Virus record (IMG/VR): IMGVR_UViG_3300045988_137242
Direction: 5' to 3' (one strand)
DNA: 64,000 nt
Origin: a virus
Below the pieces are notes generated by a model. The model was not told the origin of the DNA. It searched no databases and was given only the letters and a program-made list of their open reading frames with translations. The position numbers and the translations under genes are program-made. Shown piece by piece: positions 49,794 to 59,982 of the stretch. How positions within the stretch are numbered: the first letter of the stretch is position 1; every line of letters begins with the position of its first letter.

Positions 49794-51809
49794 ATGGTAA
49801 AGTCGAGATTACTGACACTAAGCCGTGTGATGCCTCGTCATAACAGCTACGACTCCGTGAAAGCCCGCAAGAGCCGTCAGGAGCACGGCAGAGACTGGGA
49901 GCTACGTTGCCGTTGCTATAACGCATGGAGCAATCTCAGCGGAGTGCGAGAGACGAGGGCGAGGACGATGCGCTACTGCACAGGCGACCAATGGAGCGAT
50001 ACGGTGAGAGTGTACCGCCACGGCTATTGGCAAGAGATGAGCGAACGGGAGTATATGGAGAAGCGGAACCAGACCCCGATGAGCAACAACATAATGGTAA
50101 GCATCTTGGAAAGCATAACAGGACTATATGCCAAGCAAGGCACCGAACCTGTATGCTTTGCGAGAGACAACGACTCCCGACAGCTCAGCGACATGATGAG
50201 TGCGACGATGCAATGCAACTGGCAGACCACCGAGATGCAAGACATGCTGAACCATGCGATAAAAGACTATCTGCAAGGAGGGCAGATGTTCGTAAGAGAA
50301 AGTTGGGAAGACAAAGAGTTAGAGATGCCTGATTCGTGGACCGAGCTGATGGAGCCCGATCACATGTTCTTCGAGTGTGGCAGCGACCCACGGCACAACG
50401 ATATAAGTCTGATAGGCGTTCTGCATGACGTAAGCCGGGAAGACCTATACAAGAAATTCGCAAGAGCAGAATACAATCTGACGATAGCCGACCTTGACAG
50501 CATCTTCGACATAAACCAGACAGACGACAGCAGTGAAGGTTACGAGTTCAACGAAGAGAAGCAGCTTGAAAACCTCAGCTTCGACTACTCCAACAAAGGC
50601 AGACACTATGCGAGAGTAATCGAAGTGTGGACCACTGAGACCAAGGCAAGACTACAATGTTTCGACCCGATAGCGACGAGCGGCACGAAAGCCTACTTCC
50701 GCATAGACATGGACGATACGGCGATGATAGCGAAGCTTCGTAGCGACAACGAGAAGCGCAAGCAGCAGTATGACGAGGCAGGAGTGCCCGAAGACGAGCG
50801 AGCATACATCAAGAGTTGGGAGATAGCCGACAAATACTGGTATTACACCTATATGGCACCCGACGGAACGGTGCTATGCCAAGGTGAGACCCCCTATGAC
50901 TACAAGAGCCATCCGTTTACGATGAAGCTGTATCCATATATCAACGGCGAGATACACCCGTTTATGGCGAACGTGATAGACCAACAGCGGTATATCAACA
51001 GACTGATAGTAATGAACGACATGGCGATAAGAAGCAGCTTCAAGGGTTTCAAGATGATACCGACCACCGTGTTGGGCAATATGACCCCGGAGCAGTTTAT
51101 GGAAAATGCCATAGAATACGACGGATGGATATTCTATACGCCGAAGAAGACCATGCCGAACGTAAGACCAGAGATAATAACCTCGAATGCGGTGAATATC
51201 GGCACCAACGAACTACTGCAGATAGAGCTGAATCTGATAAGAGAAGTGAGCAATGTGAGCGGAGCCCTGCAAGGCAAGACCCCTTCGGCAGGAACGTCAG
51301 CCGCACGCTATGCGCAGGAAAGCCAGAACGCCACCACTTCGCTGTACACCATCCTTTCAGACATGGACGTGTTCACCGAGAAGCTTGCCACCAAGAAGTG
51401 CATGACGATCCAGCAGTTCTATGAAGACGGCAGGAAGGTATACGACAGGAACTTCAACAAGGTATACAAATACGACAGGTTGTCGGCGAGAGACATACAC
51501 TTCAAGATAAGCATCAAGAACGCCGCTGCCACCGCCACCTACAACACCATGCAGAACGACACCCTTGACAAGCTGTTGGAGATGGGCGGCATAAACATCG
51601 TGCAGTATCTGCAGAACCTCAATGCCCCATTTGCCGACAAGCTGTTGGCAAGCGTACAGGAGCAGCAGGCGCAGCTCGAACAGATGTATGCACAGCAGCA
51701 ACAGATGGCGCAGCAGCAAGGCGGAGGACAGGTAGACGAGAATGGCATTGTGCAGGGAGCCGACCAAGGAGCCGTGCAGCAGTTCTTCAATAACAATCAA
51801 GCAGCATAA
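49794..51809 (+). CDS. portal protein candidate
   Basis: 671 aa. N-terminal RYCTGDQW-type motif, acidic overall, and a Q-rich helical C-terminus (QEQQAQLEQMYAQQQQMAQQQ). Adjacent to scaffold/capsid. Confidence 0.6.
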   Translation: MVKSRLLTLSRVMPRHNSYDSVKARKSRQEHGRDWELRCRCYNAWSNLSGVRETRARTMRYCTGDQWSDTVRVYRHGYWQEMSEREYMEKRNQTPMSNNIMVSILESITGLYAKQGTEPVCFARDNDSRQLSDMMSATMQCNWQTTEMQDMLNHAIKDYLQGGQMFVRESWEDKELEMPDSWTELMEPDHMFFECGSDPRHNDISLIGVLHDVSREDLYKKFARAEYNLTIADLDSIFDINQTDDSSEGYEFNEEKQLENLSFDYSNKGRHYARVIEVWTTETKARLQCFDPIATSGTKAYFRIDMDDTAMIAKLRSDNEKRKQQYDEAGVPEDERAYIKSWEIADKYWYYTYMAPDGTVLCQGETPYDYKSHPFTMKLYPYINGEIHPFMANVIDQQRYINRLIVMNDMAIRSSFKGFKMIPTTVLGNMTPEQFMENAIEYDGWIFYTPKKTMPNVRPEIITSNAVNIGTNELLQIELNLIREVSNVSGALQGKTPSAGTSAARYAQESQNATTSLYTILSDMDVFTEKLATKKCMTIQQFYEDGRKVYDRNFNKVYKYDRLSARDIHFKISIKNAAATATYNTMQNDTLDKLLEMGGINIVQYLQNLNAPFADKLLASVQEQQAQLEQMYAQQQQMAQQQGGGQVDENGIVQGADQGAVQQFFNNNQAA

Positions 51810-51812
51810 GGT

Positions 51813-52307
51813 ATGGCAGAGACAAGACAGATAACCGTCAAGTATGACGACATAAAGAAGAGGGTGAAGACGCAGATGTCCATAATCGGCAAGAGGCTCA
51901 CCGACACCCAAGGACACATACTATTTACAGGAGTGACCCTATCCTCAGCCGAAGAAAGCGTATTGAAGCAATACACGAAAGATGCCGTATACGTATTTTC
52001 TGGACAGTTATCCCCCCATGTGGATGCCGTGACCGACACCGAAATCAACGTAGCCTTCCTTATCAATGACACAAGAATCAACGACTTCAAGGCACAGCTG
52101 TTTGAAGAGAATTTCAGAAGCTACGTGGCGGCATACGTGGCATACGACATACTGACCATCAACCGGCTCGACATAGCCAAGAAATATGCCGAGGACATGG
52201 CGAACCACGTAAATGCAGCCTTACAGCTACTGTGTACGGCAGATGCGCCAGAAGCGAGCGGCAAGACGCTATTGGACATGAAGGGCGAAGTGACATTAGA
52301 AGAGTGA
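51813..52307 (+). CDS. hypothetical head-associated protein
   Basis: 164-aa ORF, 3 nt after the portal stop. Confidence 0.45.
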   Translation: MAETRQITVKYDDIKKRVKTQMSIIGKRLTDTQGHILFTGVTLSSAEESVLKQYTKDAVYVFSGQLSPHVDAVTDTEINVAFLINDTRINDFKAQLFEENFRSYVAAYVAYDILTINRLDIAKKYAEDMANHVNAALQLLCTADAPEASGKTLLDMKGEVTLEE

Positions 52308-52332
52308 AACGAAAAAGAGAGGAGAAGAAGAT

Positions 52333-53124
52333 ATGATAATAAGATTCCAGATAGTGAAGTCGACAGTGATAGAAGCCGTGAAGAACGCCACCTATATGAA
52401 GGCGAGAATAGACAGCGCAGCCGACGAGAAAGCGACAAAGATGAGTCTGCAAGAAACGGCAGGTACCGAAGACGTACACGACAGGACACTGACCCATGAC
52501 TTCAGGACAGCCCTTGAAGTGGTGAAGACCATCCTTGTAGACTACATAGTGCCAACGGCGCAGACGATAGGCGACAACGTAATCTTCTACAACGAGAAAG
52601 ACGACGATGTGGTAGACTTCACGCTTGACGTGTCAAGACGTTACAACGGAACGCTCACCGACACCTTGGCGAGGATGACAGCCAAATACGTAGAAGACTA
52701 CATGATGTACCAATGGTGGTTGAAGACCAGCAACCAGAAGCAAGCCGAGCCATACCAAGCCTTCCTTGTGTTTGACGAGCAGAACATAAGACGCTGCTTT
52801 GTGCTGAGTGGGCCGAAAGTGCCCACTGTGCCCTACACACAGAGCTTGACAGCCAAAGTAGACGGTAGCGAAAGCGATGGCGGCGTGACGATAGCCTTGG
52901 ACGATGAAGACGTGACGCTATCATACACCATAGATGCCGGAGCCATAGATGACATAGAAGCAAGAAGCAGCGACCCGGAGATAATGGAAGTGCACCGAGA
53001 CCGGGATCCACACTGTTTCCGTCTGAAAGCAAAGAACACAGGAGTAGTGACCATAACGCTGTTCTCGCGGCATAGCGACAAGATAGAAACAGAAGTAGAG
53101 ATAACGATAGCAAAGGAGGTGTGA
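52333..53124 (+). CDS. head-associated protein with C-terminal Ig-like (Big_2-like) domain
   Basis: 263 aa. C-terminal VTLSYTIDAGAIDDIEARSSDPEIMEVH ... NTGVVTITLFS ... EVEITI resembles bacterial Ig-like group 2 domains. Confidence 0.45.
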   Translation: MIIRFQIVKSTVIEAVKNATYMKARIDSAADEKATKMSLQETAGTEDVHDRTLTHDFRTALEVVKTILVDYIVPTAQTIGDNVIFYNEKDDDVVDFTLDVSRRYNGTLTDTLARMTAKYVEDYMMYQWWLKTSNQKQAEPYQAFLVFDEQNIRRCFVLSGPKVPTVPYTQSLTAKVDGSESDGGVTIALDDEDVTLSYTIDAGAIDDIEARSSDPEIMEVHRDRDPHCFRLKAKNTGVVTITLFSRHSDKIETEVEITIAKEV

Positions 53125-53125
53125 C

Positions 53126-53734
53126 ATGGAATTCAACGCATTACATCCCGAACACTACGACAGAGAACGAGGTTGGAAAGACAGTCCCAACCCTTTTGAC
53201 GTGCGCAAGAAAGTTGCAGGACACACATATACCGACAAGAGGATCTTCATCTACGCCACACAGCTATGGTATGACATAGACGGAACGACCATGATGGTTG
53301 GCAGGGCGAGACGAGGCAACCAGACCAATCAGGAAGAAGAGATACCGACGAGCGAGAACGACAGCGAGCGTCCAATCTTCTACCGGTGGTTTGACAAATA
53401 CATATCAAAGGCAGAAGGCATACTGTCATCATACGTGATGAAGCCCGAAGGCAAGGTAAGAGACAACGCCTTGAAAGAATGGGACGAGAAAGAGATATGG
53501 CTAAGGATGCCCGACTGCTGGGACGATACCCGTTATGACGCATTAGTGCAGGCAATACACGACTACATATCTACAGGAGCATTGTATGAATATTTCCTGC
53601 TGAAGCTGACAAGCCGAGACCCATTGACGGTAGACAAGTACAGTCAGCTTGAAGATGCCGAATTAGAGATAACCGACAATGCCAACGCCATGAAGCCCGG
53701 TGGCATGATACACACACTAAAGCCATTCGGATAA
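53126..53734 (+). CDS. hypothetical head-associated protein
   Basis: 202-aa ORF with a strong AAGGAGGT leader. Confidence 0.45.
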   Translation: MEFNALHPEHYDRERGWKDSPNPFDVRKKVAGHTYTDKRIFIYATQLWYDIDGTTMMVGRARRGNQTNQEEEIPTSENDSERPIFYRWFDKYISKAEGILSSYVMKPEGKVRDNALKEWDEKEIWLRMPDCWDDTRYDALVQAIHDYISTGALYEYFLLKLTSRDPLTVDKYSQLEDAELEITDNANAMKPGGMIHTLKPFG

Positions 53735-53737
53735 GCC

Positions 53738-54136
53738 ATGGGAGATTTTGACGACGTGAAGAGCGTGAGGGAGATAATGCAGGAGAAGAGGGCAAAAGCC
53801 AAGACCATACTCCCGGTGAAGAAAAGCGCACAGAAAGAGTTCCTGAGAGATTTCTTGGCAAGAAACCAGGAGAAGTTTGAGAGTTGCATGAACGAGCTTG
53901 CGGAATACGACCCGAAGACCTACGTGACGGTATACAAAGACCTCATGAAGCACATGATACCAAAGCAGAGCGAGGTGAGCGTGACGCACGGACTGGATGA
54001 AGACTTCAAGCAACTTGCGGCATTGAGCTTGACGAAGGTAAAAGAAGGCAACGAGCTTGACGTGTCAAGAGTAGAGCAGATACAGGATGCTGATTACGAA
54101 GAACTAAACGATTTGGCAAATGGCACACGTGACTGA
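53738..54136 (+). CDS. small terminase subunit candidate
   Basis: 132 aa, directly upstream of and overlapping the large terminase gene. Assigned from position only. Confidence 0.35.
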   Translation: MGDFDDVKSVREIMQEKRAKAKTILPVKKSAQKEFLRDFLARNQEKFESCMNELAEYDPKTYVTVYKDLMKHMIPKQSEVSVTHGLDEDFKQLAALSLTKVKEGNELDVSRVEQIQDADYEELNDLANGTRD

Positions 54137-56255
54137 AAGAGAGATAGAAGATCTCGTGGCAGAGAACAGACGGAGGTACGACGAGATATACGGAACGTAT
54201 GACCCTTGGACTGGAGAGAACTGCTACGACTTCGAGAACAGGGAGCTGATGGAGCTTCCTGACTTTCTGATAAAGAAGATGTGGGTGCCGAAAGAATGTA
54301 TGCGCACCCTGCTGTACCGCCAGTTGAAACTCGTAGGCAGTCTGAGAGAGTTCATCATACGAGTATGGAAGAAGCCATACGAAGAAGGCGAGTACTACAC
54401 ACAACGGTATGTAGCCCTGCTGACCTTCGAGATAATGAAAGTAAGATTTCGTGAAGACCCCGAATTTGCCCTGTATGCGACCGACAAGATAGAAGACAAG
54501 GTGTCGGGAGACATGATACCCTTCAAGCTAAACTATCCCCAAAGGAAACTGCTAAAAATCTTCGAAGACCTGCGCACAAGCGGAGCTGCGATACGAGTGG
54601 TGATATTGAAAGCAAGACAGTGGGGCGGTTCGACACTGACCCAGCTATACATAAAATGGATACAGGACTTCCGAAGAGACGGATGGAACGCCATCGTGCT
54701 TGCGCAGCAGAAGAACACGGCGAAGAAAATCAAAGCCATGTACAGGAAAGCCTTGGAGCATCAGCCCGGCTGGACAGTAGGATGCAGCGGAGCCAAGCTG
54801 CAGTTCTCGCCATACGAAAACTCTCCCGACGACTTCCAAGTGACAGACGGAATAAGAGCCATAAGGCGCAGTACGCTGACTGTGGCATCGTTCGAGAACT
54901 TCGATTCTGTCCGAGGCAGTAACTTCCACTGTGCGCATTACTCCGAGGTGGCATACTGGAAGAAGACCCCCGAACATGATCCTGAGGGTGTGATTTCGTC
55001 TATATCGGGAGGTATAAGAAACCAAGAAGATAACTTGGAGGTGTTTGAGAGTACAGGAAAAGGAAATTCGGGATTCTTCTATGACAAGTGTCAGTTGGCG
55101 ATGGACGAGAAGAACAACGACGCATACAGATTCCTCTTCATACCCTGCTTCTTCATAGAGCACGACATGGAAGAAGTGAAGAACGAGAAAGCCTTTGCCC
55201 GATGGCTGCTGCAGAACAGAGACAGGACGACCTGCCCGAAAGGTTATCGAGAGACAGGAAAGTTTTTCTGGAAGATGTGGGAAAAGGGAGCGTGCTTCCA
55301 AGCAATAGAATGGTACAGAAACTTCCGCAACAAGTTCACGACCCATGCCTTCTGTGCTACCGAGGCACCAGTGGACGAAGAAGACGCTTTCAGAAACTCC
55401 GGCAACCTCGTGTTTAATCCATACAGCATAGACGACCTGCAGAAGAAATACAAGAAAGCCCCGATGTATACGGCAGACATAGTGGTGAACACAAGCCACA
55501 AGAACGAGGAGACGATAAAGAAATCAAAGATAGAGATCAGGACCGACGGCGAGGGCGACTTGAAGATATGGGCAGTGCCGAACTGCCTGAAGATAGAGAA
55601 CAGGTATATCGTAAGCGTGGATATAGGCGGCAAGAGTACAACGTCCGACTACACGGTGATGACCGTTATAGACCGCTTCGGTCTGATACCAACGATAAAA
55701 GGCAAGCCGAGAGTGGTGGCGAGATACCGGGGACATGTGCGTCACGACAAGTTAGCATGGATGGCGGCAGCCTTGGCGCACTACTATGACGATGCGCTGT
55801 TGGTGATAGAGAGCAACACGGCAGACCGCGAGAAGAACAACAACACCGAGGGCGACCACTTCCTGACCATTTTGGAAGAGATAGCGGACTACTACGACAA
55901 TCTGTATCAGAGGACGAGCAGTTCGGAAGACGTGGGCGAGAACGTGCTGATGAAATACGGTTTCCAGACAAACAAGCTGACGAAGCAGCAGATAATAGAC
56001 AACTTGGAAGAGTTTGTGGACGATATGCTGTGGGACGAGCCCGACAAGGAGATGTATCACGAGCTGAGAATATACGAGCGCAGGGAAGACGGCAGTCTTG
56101 GTAATATCGTTGGCAGCGGCAATCATGACGACGTTCTGATGAGTACCGCGATAGGTCTGTGGGTAAGTCTGTGCGACATGGAGAAGCCGTATTGGAAGAA
56201 GAAAGAGAAGACGAGCAGCGGAGGAGACGGAGTACATACCGTTGCTAAGATATAG
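54120..56255 (+). CDS. terL: large terminase subunit
   Basis: 711 aa. Walker A-like KARQWGGST. RNase H-like nuclease segments VSVDIGGKSTTSDYTVMTVID and GSGNHDDVLMSTAIGLW. Confidence 0.75.
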   Translation: MAHVTEREIEDLVAENRRRYDEIYGTYDPWTGENCYDFENRELMELPDFLIKKMWVPKECMRTLLYRQLKLVGSLREFIIRVWKKPYEEGEYYTQRYVALLTFEIMKVRFREDPEFALYATDKIEDKVSGDMIPFKLNYPQRKLLKIFEDLRTSGAAIRVVILKARQWGGSTLTQLYIKWIQDFRRDGWNAIVLAQQKNTAKKIKAMYRKALEHQPGWTVGCSGAKLQFSPYENSPDDFQVTDGIRAIRRSTLTVASFENFDSVRGSNFHCAHYSEVAYWKKTPEHDPEGVISSISGGIRNQEDNLEVFESTGKGNSGFFYDKCQLAMDEKNNDAYRFLFIPCFFIEHDMEEVKNEKAFARWLLQNRDRTTCPKGYRETGKFFWKMWEKGACFQAIEWYRNFRNKFTTHAFCATEAPVDEEDAFRNSGNLVFNPYSIDDLQKKYKKAPMYTADIVVNTSHKNEETIKKSKIEIRTDGEGDLKIWAVPNCLKIENRYIVSVDIGGKSTTSDYTVMTVIDRFGLIPTIKGKPRVVARYRGHVRHDKLAWMAAALAHYYDDALLVIESNTADREKNNNTEGDHFLTILEEIADYYDNLYQRTSSSEDVGENVLMKYGFQTNKLTKQQIIDNLEEFVDDMLWDEPDKEMYHELRIYERREDGSLGNIVGSGNHDDVLMSTAIGLWVSLCDMEKPYWKKKEKTSSGGDGVHTVAKI

Positions 56256-56256
56256 A

Positions 56257-56325
56257 CAAGTTGACAAGGGACGAGTTGACAAGTTGACGAGTTGACAAGG
56301 GACGAGTTGACGAGGGACGAGGGAA
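56257..56325 (+). repeat. tandem GTTGAC(A/G)A / GGGACGA repeat array
   Basis: GTTGACRA at 56260, 56275, 56283, 56291 and 56306 (spacing 15, 8, 8, 15), interleaved with GGGACGA units. Located between terL and the 918-aa gene. Confidence 0.7.
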
Positions 56326-56343
56326 ATTTAAAACAAAAAAGAT

Positions 56344-59100
56344 ATGGAGAGAAATAGTGAGACGCAGACGCTGAGTTACAGCAAAGGCATGACGAATGTG
56401 CCAAGCGACATGCTGTCGAGCGACAGTGAGCTGCAAGAGTCGATAGGTTTCATCCACAAGGACGGAGAGATGAAGCCAGTGCAGGACGCTGTACAGATAG
56501 GCAATGTGCCATATAAGATAATGTACGTGCATAAGATGCCGGACTACGAGATGCTGATAGCCTATGACGGTACAGACAAGATACACTGCTATAGCATACA
56601 AGGCGTGGATAACATAACGGGCGAGCAAGAGGCAGGCAGCTACAGTTTAGGCGAGACGTACAGCATAAGCAGTGTGGGCAATACCCTTGTGGCTGCTACA
56701 AGCAAAGGACTACACTACCTGCTGTTCAAGGGTGGCACATACAAAGACTTAGGTACAGAACTGCCCATACCGACCATGAAGTTCAAGACCTTGGCGACAG
56801 AGCTGATAAGCAAGAAGAGAACCGTGTGCGCCTTGAACGAGATAATAGACTACACGAAGATGTGGGCGAAGTATGGCGACAACGGAGACCTGACAGAGAT
56901 TACAGGATACAACACACCATCAACGCCAGACGCAGAGATATACTACGAATATCACGTGAAGAAGAACAATGCCGATGCGGAGAGCAGCTTCCAAGATGCC
57001 GTGAGAGGCAATGTGGCAGAAGGCATAAAGAAGATAAAAGAAGAGAACCACTTCGCCTTTCCTTTCTTCGTGCGTTATGCCCTGCGTCTGTATGACGGCA
57101 GCTATGTGAGGATAAGCAATCCTATACTAATCTGCCCTACGATAAACAGGAACTTCCATTTCACGCCAGTCCGATACAATTCAGAGACGAACACCTACGA
57201 AGACTGTCCTTACGACGGAACGAACTTCGTGACCAAATTCATGTGGTTTCCGTGGTATTCCGCATTATCCTACTACGCCAGTGTGAGCAATGCGGAAGAG
57301 TGGAAAGACATAGTAAAAGACGTGGTGGTGTTCGCTACAGACGAAGTGGAGCCGTTTGACCTGACCGGAGAGTACGAGTTCAGAAGCGCACTGGAGGTAA
57401 ATGGCAGTTGCTATGCGAACCAAGTGTCAAGGAAAGAAGTGCAGGCGAGTTTGACGGGAGAAGACAAGGAAATAGAATTCAATCATTACTATGATTTCAA
57501 CATCAATACATACAAGGCAAGACACGTGATAATGCCTGTGAAATACAAGTCGGATGATGAAATAATAGACAATTTACTGGAAAAGACACAGTTCTACAAG
57601 CTGTTCAGCCTGAGCATAGAAAAAGGCGAGGCAAGCGGCGTGACCTACAAGGAAGCCCCGATAAAGCAACACGTGGTAGAGAATCTGACAGAGCAGGAGC
57701 AGTTGGAGAGAGACGACTACTACGGCTGGACAAAGACCTTTGCGAAAAAGATATTCCCCTACAACAAGAGGATAAACCTGATAGGCATAGAAAGGAAGCC
57801 ATTCGGCGGTTTCGGTTATTTCATGCCGATAACGTCGGTACTGTCGAGTCCGGAAGTGGAATCCTCCTCGGCAGATGCGGCAGAATACGAGGTGTATACC
57901 CATATAGTATCGGAGAGCATGGATGCGTGGGTGAAGTCGGAACATACCTATACGGCACTGCCGGAGATGCTGAACGGCTGGATGTACTATCCTGATCCAC
58001 ATGCCACGGAGATGAGAGTGGTGAAGAAAGGAACATCGATGGGCGTATCGCTGAAGCTGAGGACCCACCCGATGCTGAACGGAGCATACAGCTTCGGCAG
58101 TCTGCCGTTTCCGAGAGTGAGCCAAGCCGAATACACATGGCAGATGCTCATACTGCCGAGAGTAGACGAGACGGCAAGAGACGTGTTTGATTCCAACGTG
58201 TATACCTCAGAAGTAAACAATCCGTTCGTCTTTGCAGCGTCGGGCGACAACCAAGTAGGAACGGGAAAAGTGTTAGGGATAATAGCCAATACGGAAGCCG
58301 TGAGCCAAGGGCAGTTTGGACAATATCCGCTGATAGTGTTCACGAATGAGGGTATCTACGGATTGTCGGTAAGTACAGACGGACTATACAAGAGTTCATA
58401 CCCGGTATCGAGAGAGGCATGCGATGAGGATTCGCCCTTGGTACCGACAGACAACATGGTAGTCTTTGTGTCGAAGAAAGGTCTGATGGCTACGACAGGC
58501 GGACAGGTGGCGTGTCTGAGTGGAGTGCTGAACGGACGTGCTGCAGAGAACTTCGTGACGTTAGGAGACGGGAGGTTCCGGGATTATGTGAAAGGCAGTC
58601 TGATAGCCTATGACTTCAGAGATTCGCTGCTGAGGATATACGGCAAGGGCAAGACCTACCAATACATATATAATATAGGAGACAAGACCTTTGCAATGGC
58701 GGACAACGGCATGGAGGCTCAGGCAGTGGTGAACAACTATCCAGACAACCTTATACAAGACATCAAGGGCAACATATATTCGTTGACGAGGAAGCCCGAC
58801 ATCAATGACGACGAGAGAGAGTATGAGGGAAAGATAGTGACAAGACCGCTAAAACTTGGCGGTTCGCTGACGCTGAAAAGTCTGCGGAAGATAAAGCACC
58901 TTATGGACACCCGGCAGGGAACGGTAGAGCTGGAGATATGGGCGAGCAACAACGCAAGAGAGTGGTGCCAGCTGCATAGTCTGAAAGGCAAGCCTTGGAG
59001 CTACTTTGTGTTTAAATACACGTTGAGAGGCTTCAAGGCTAACGATTCCTTTTCCGGAACAGTGGTGAGAGTGCAGAAAAGGCGGCTCATCGGGATGTGA
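56344..59100 (+). CDS. large virion protein (tail/nozzle candidate)
   Basis: 918-aa ORF after terL. No motif recognised, so the role is inferred from size and context only. Confidence 0.35.
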   Translation: MERNSETQTLSYSKGMTNVPSDMLSSDSELQESIGFIHKDGEMKPVQDAVQIGNVPYKIMYVHKMPDYEMLIAYDGTDKIHCYSIQGVDNITGEQEAGSYSLGETYSISSVGNTLVAATSKGLHYLLFKGGTYKDLGTELPIPTMKFKTLATELISKKRTVCALNEIIDYTKMWAKYGDNGDLTEITGYNTPSTPDAEIYYEYHVKKNNADAESSFQDAVRGNVAEGIKKIKEENHFAFPFFVRYALRLYDGSYVRISNPILICPTINRNFHFTPVRYNSETNTYEDCPYDGTNFVTKFMWFPWYSALSYYASVSNAEEWKDIVKDVVVFATDEVEPFDLTGEYEFRSALEVNGSCYANQVSRKEVQASLTGEDKEIEFNHYYDFNINTYKARHVIMPVKYKSDDEIIDNLLEKTQFYKLFSLSIEKGEASGVTYKEAPIKQHVVENLTEQEQLERDDYYGWTKTFAKKIFPYNKRINLIGIERKPFGGFGYFMPITSVLSSPEVESSSADAAEYEVYTHIVSESMDAWVKSEHTYTALPEMLNGWMYYPDPHATEMRVVKKGTSMGVSLKLRTHPMLNGAYSFGSLPFPRVSQAEYTWQMLILPRVDETARDVFDSNVYTSEVNNPFVFAASGDNQVGTGKVLGIIANTEAVSQGQFGQYPLIVFTNEGIYGLSVSTDGLYKSSYPVSREACDEDSPLVPTDNMVVFVSKKGLMATTGGQVACLSGVLNGRAAENFVTLGDGRFRDYVKGSLIAYDFRDSLLRIYGKGKTYQYIYNIGDKTFAMADNGMEAQAVVNNYPDNLIQDIKGNIYSLTRKPDINDDEREYEGKIVTRPLKLGGSLTLKSLRKIKHLMDTRQGTVELEIWASNNAREWCQLHSLKGKPWSYFVFKYTLRGFKANDSFSGTVVRVQKRRLIGM

Positions 59101-59566
59101 TGGGAGCTTTCAGTCCCCACAGATAGCCAATCCAAAAGCAGTAGAGATGAAGAAGAGCATTGATGTTGGGGAAGAACATGGTGAGGAGGATGAAGGGCAT
59201 AACCGTTTTTGCGGCATCCTTCAACCTGCCGACCCTTCCCCACATGATGCCGAAAGCGGCGAAGAGGAATCCCGACAGTCCCATGGTGGGTTCGTTGACC
59301 CACGTAGGGAGGAAGCTGGCGAGGATGGCAATAACGAAAGCAGGCAGGACGGAAATCCTGTTTTTGATGTTCCACAACACCATGAGGTTGATGGCGAGGT
59401 GGAAGATGTTGGCATGAAAGAAGCTGTATACAAAATGGTTGACGAATGGACCGCCGTGACAGAAGCCTATATGCCAGAAAGCACAAAGGAGGCAGACGAC
59501 GCTAAGCGTTATCTTTAGCGGCAAGTTTTTTTCTCCGTATATCCATTTCACGGTAGTCTTTACCAT
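59087..59566 (-). CDS. rhomboid-family intramembrane serine protease (minimal six-TM form)
   Basis: 159 aa from the internal Met. TM2 motif FFHANIFHLAINLMVLW (H-x4-H-x3-N), TM4 GLSGFLFAAFG (GxSG), and TM6 LLHLYCFWIGYLWG (His). Confidence 0.6.
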   Translation of the reverse strand: MVKTTVKWIYGEKNLPLKITLSVVCLLCAFWHIGFCHGGPFVNHFVYSFFHANIFHLAINLMVLWNIKNRISVLPAFVIAILASFLPTWVNEPTMGLSGFLFAAFGIMWGRVGRLKDAAKTVMPFILLTMFFPNINALLHLYCFWIGYLWGLKAPITSR

Positions 59567-59957
59567 ATTTCTTATAGTAACAGAAGATAAACTTAAGATT
59601 CTTGGGCTGCATGAAGAACTCGGGAGCCGGTTCACAGACAAGGAACTGCGTGACGAAACGCAAGGACTTACCGATAAACTGCTTACGCTGTGAGAACTCA
59701 ATGTATTTCTCGTAGAGAGAATAATAAAGCCTTCGTTTTGGCGGTTTCATACGGTCAACGACAGAGAAGTCTCCGACGATCATGTGTCGCAGTTTCTCCC
59801 ACGCCTGTTGTGCTGAGATATAATAACGAGGAGCCGGAGAAGATACGACCTTCTCCCATGCTTCCTTTTGTGAGTGGCAATGAGGAGCCACCATCCTGTA
59901 GACTTTCAAGAGGTCTTCTCTTTGTCTGACAATCAATTCATAGTTCGCTTTGGTCAT
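59502..59957 (-). CDS. hypothetical protein
   Basis: 151-aa ORF upstream of the rhomboid gene on the same strand. Confidence 0.5.
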   Translation of the reverse strand: MTKANYELIVRQREDLLKVYRMVAPHCHSQKEAWEKVVSSPAPRYYISAQQAWEKLRHMIVGDFSVVDRMKPPKRRLYYSLYEKYIEFSQRKQFIGKSLRFVTQFLVCEPAPEFFMQPKNLKFIFCYYKKYGKDYREMDIRRKKLAAKDNA

Positions 59958-59982
59958 TCAGTGTGGTATAATTAAGATGCGA

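Noticed and set aside
54645-55499. 284-aa minus-strand ORF inside terL.
   Set aside because: The terL frame carries Walker and nuclease motifs, and the antisense ORF has shadow composition.
56257-56325. CRISPR array.
   Set aside because: The repeat units are 7-15 nt and directly abutting, without spacers. There are no cas genes in the window.
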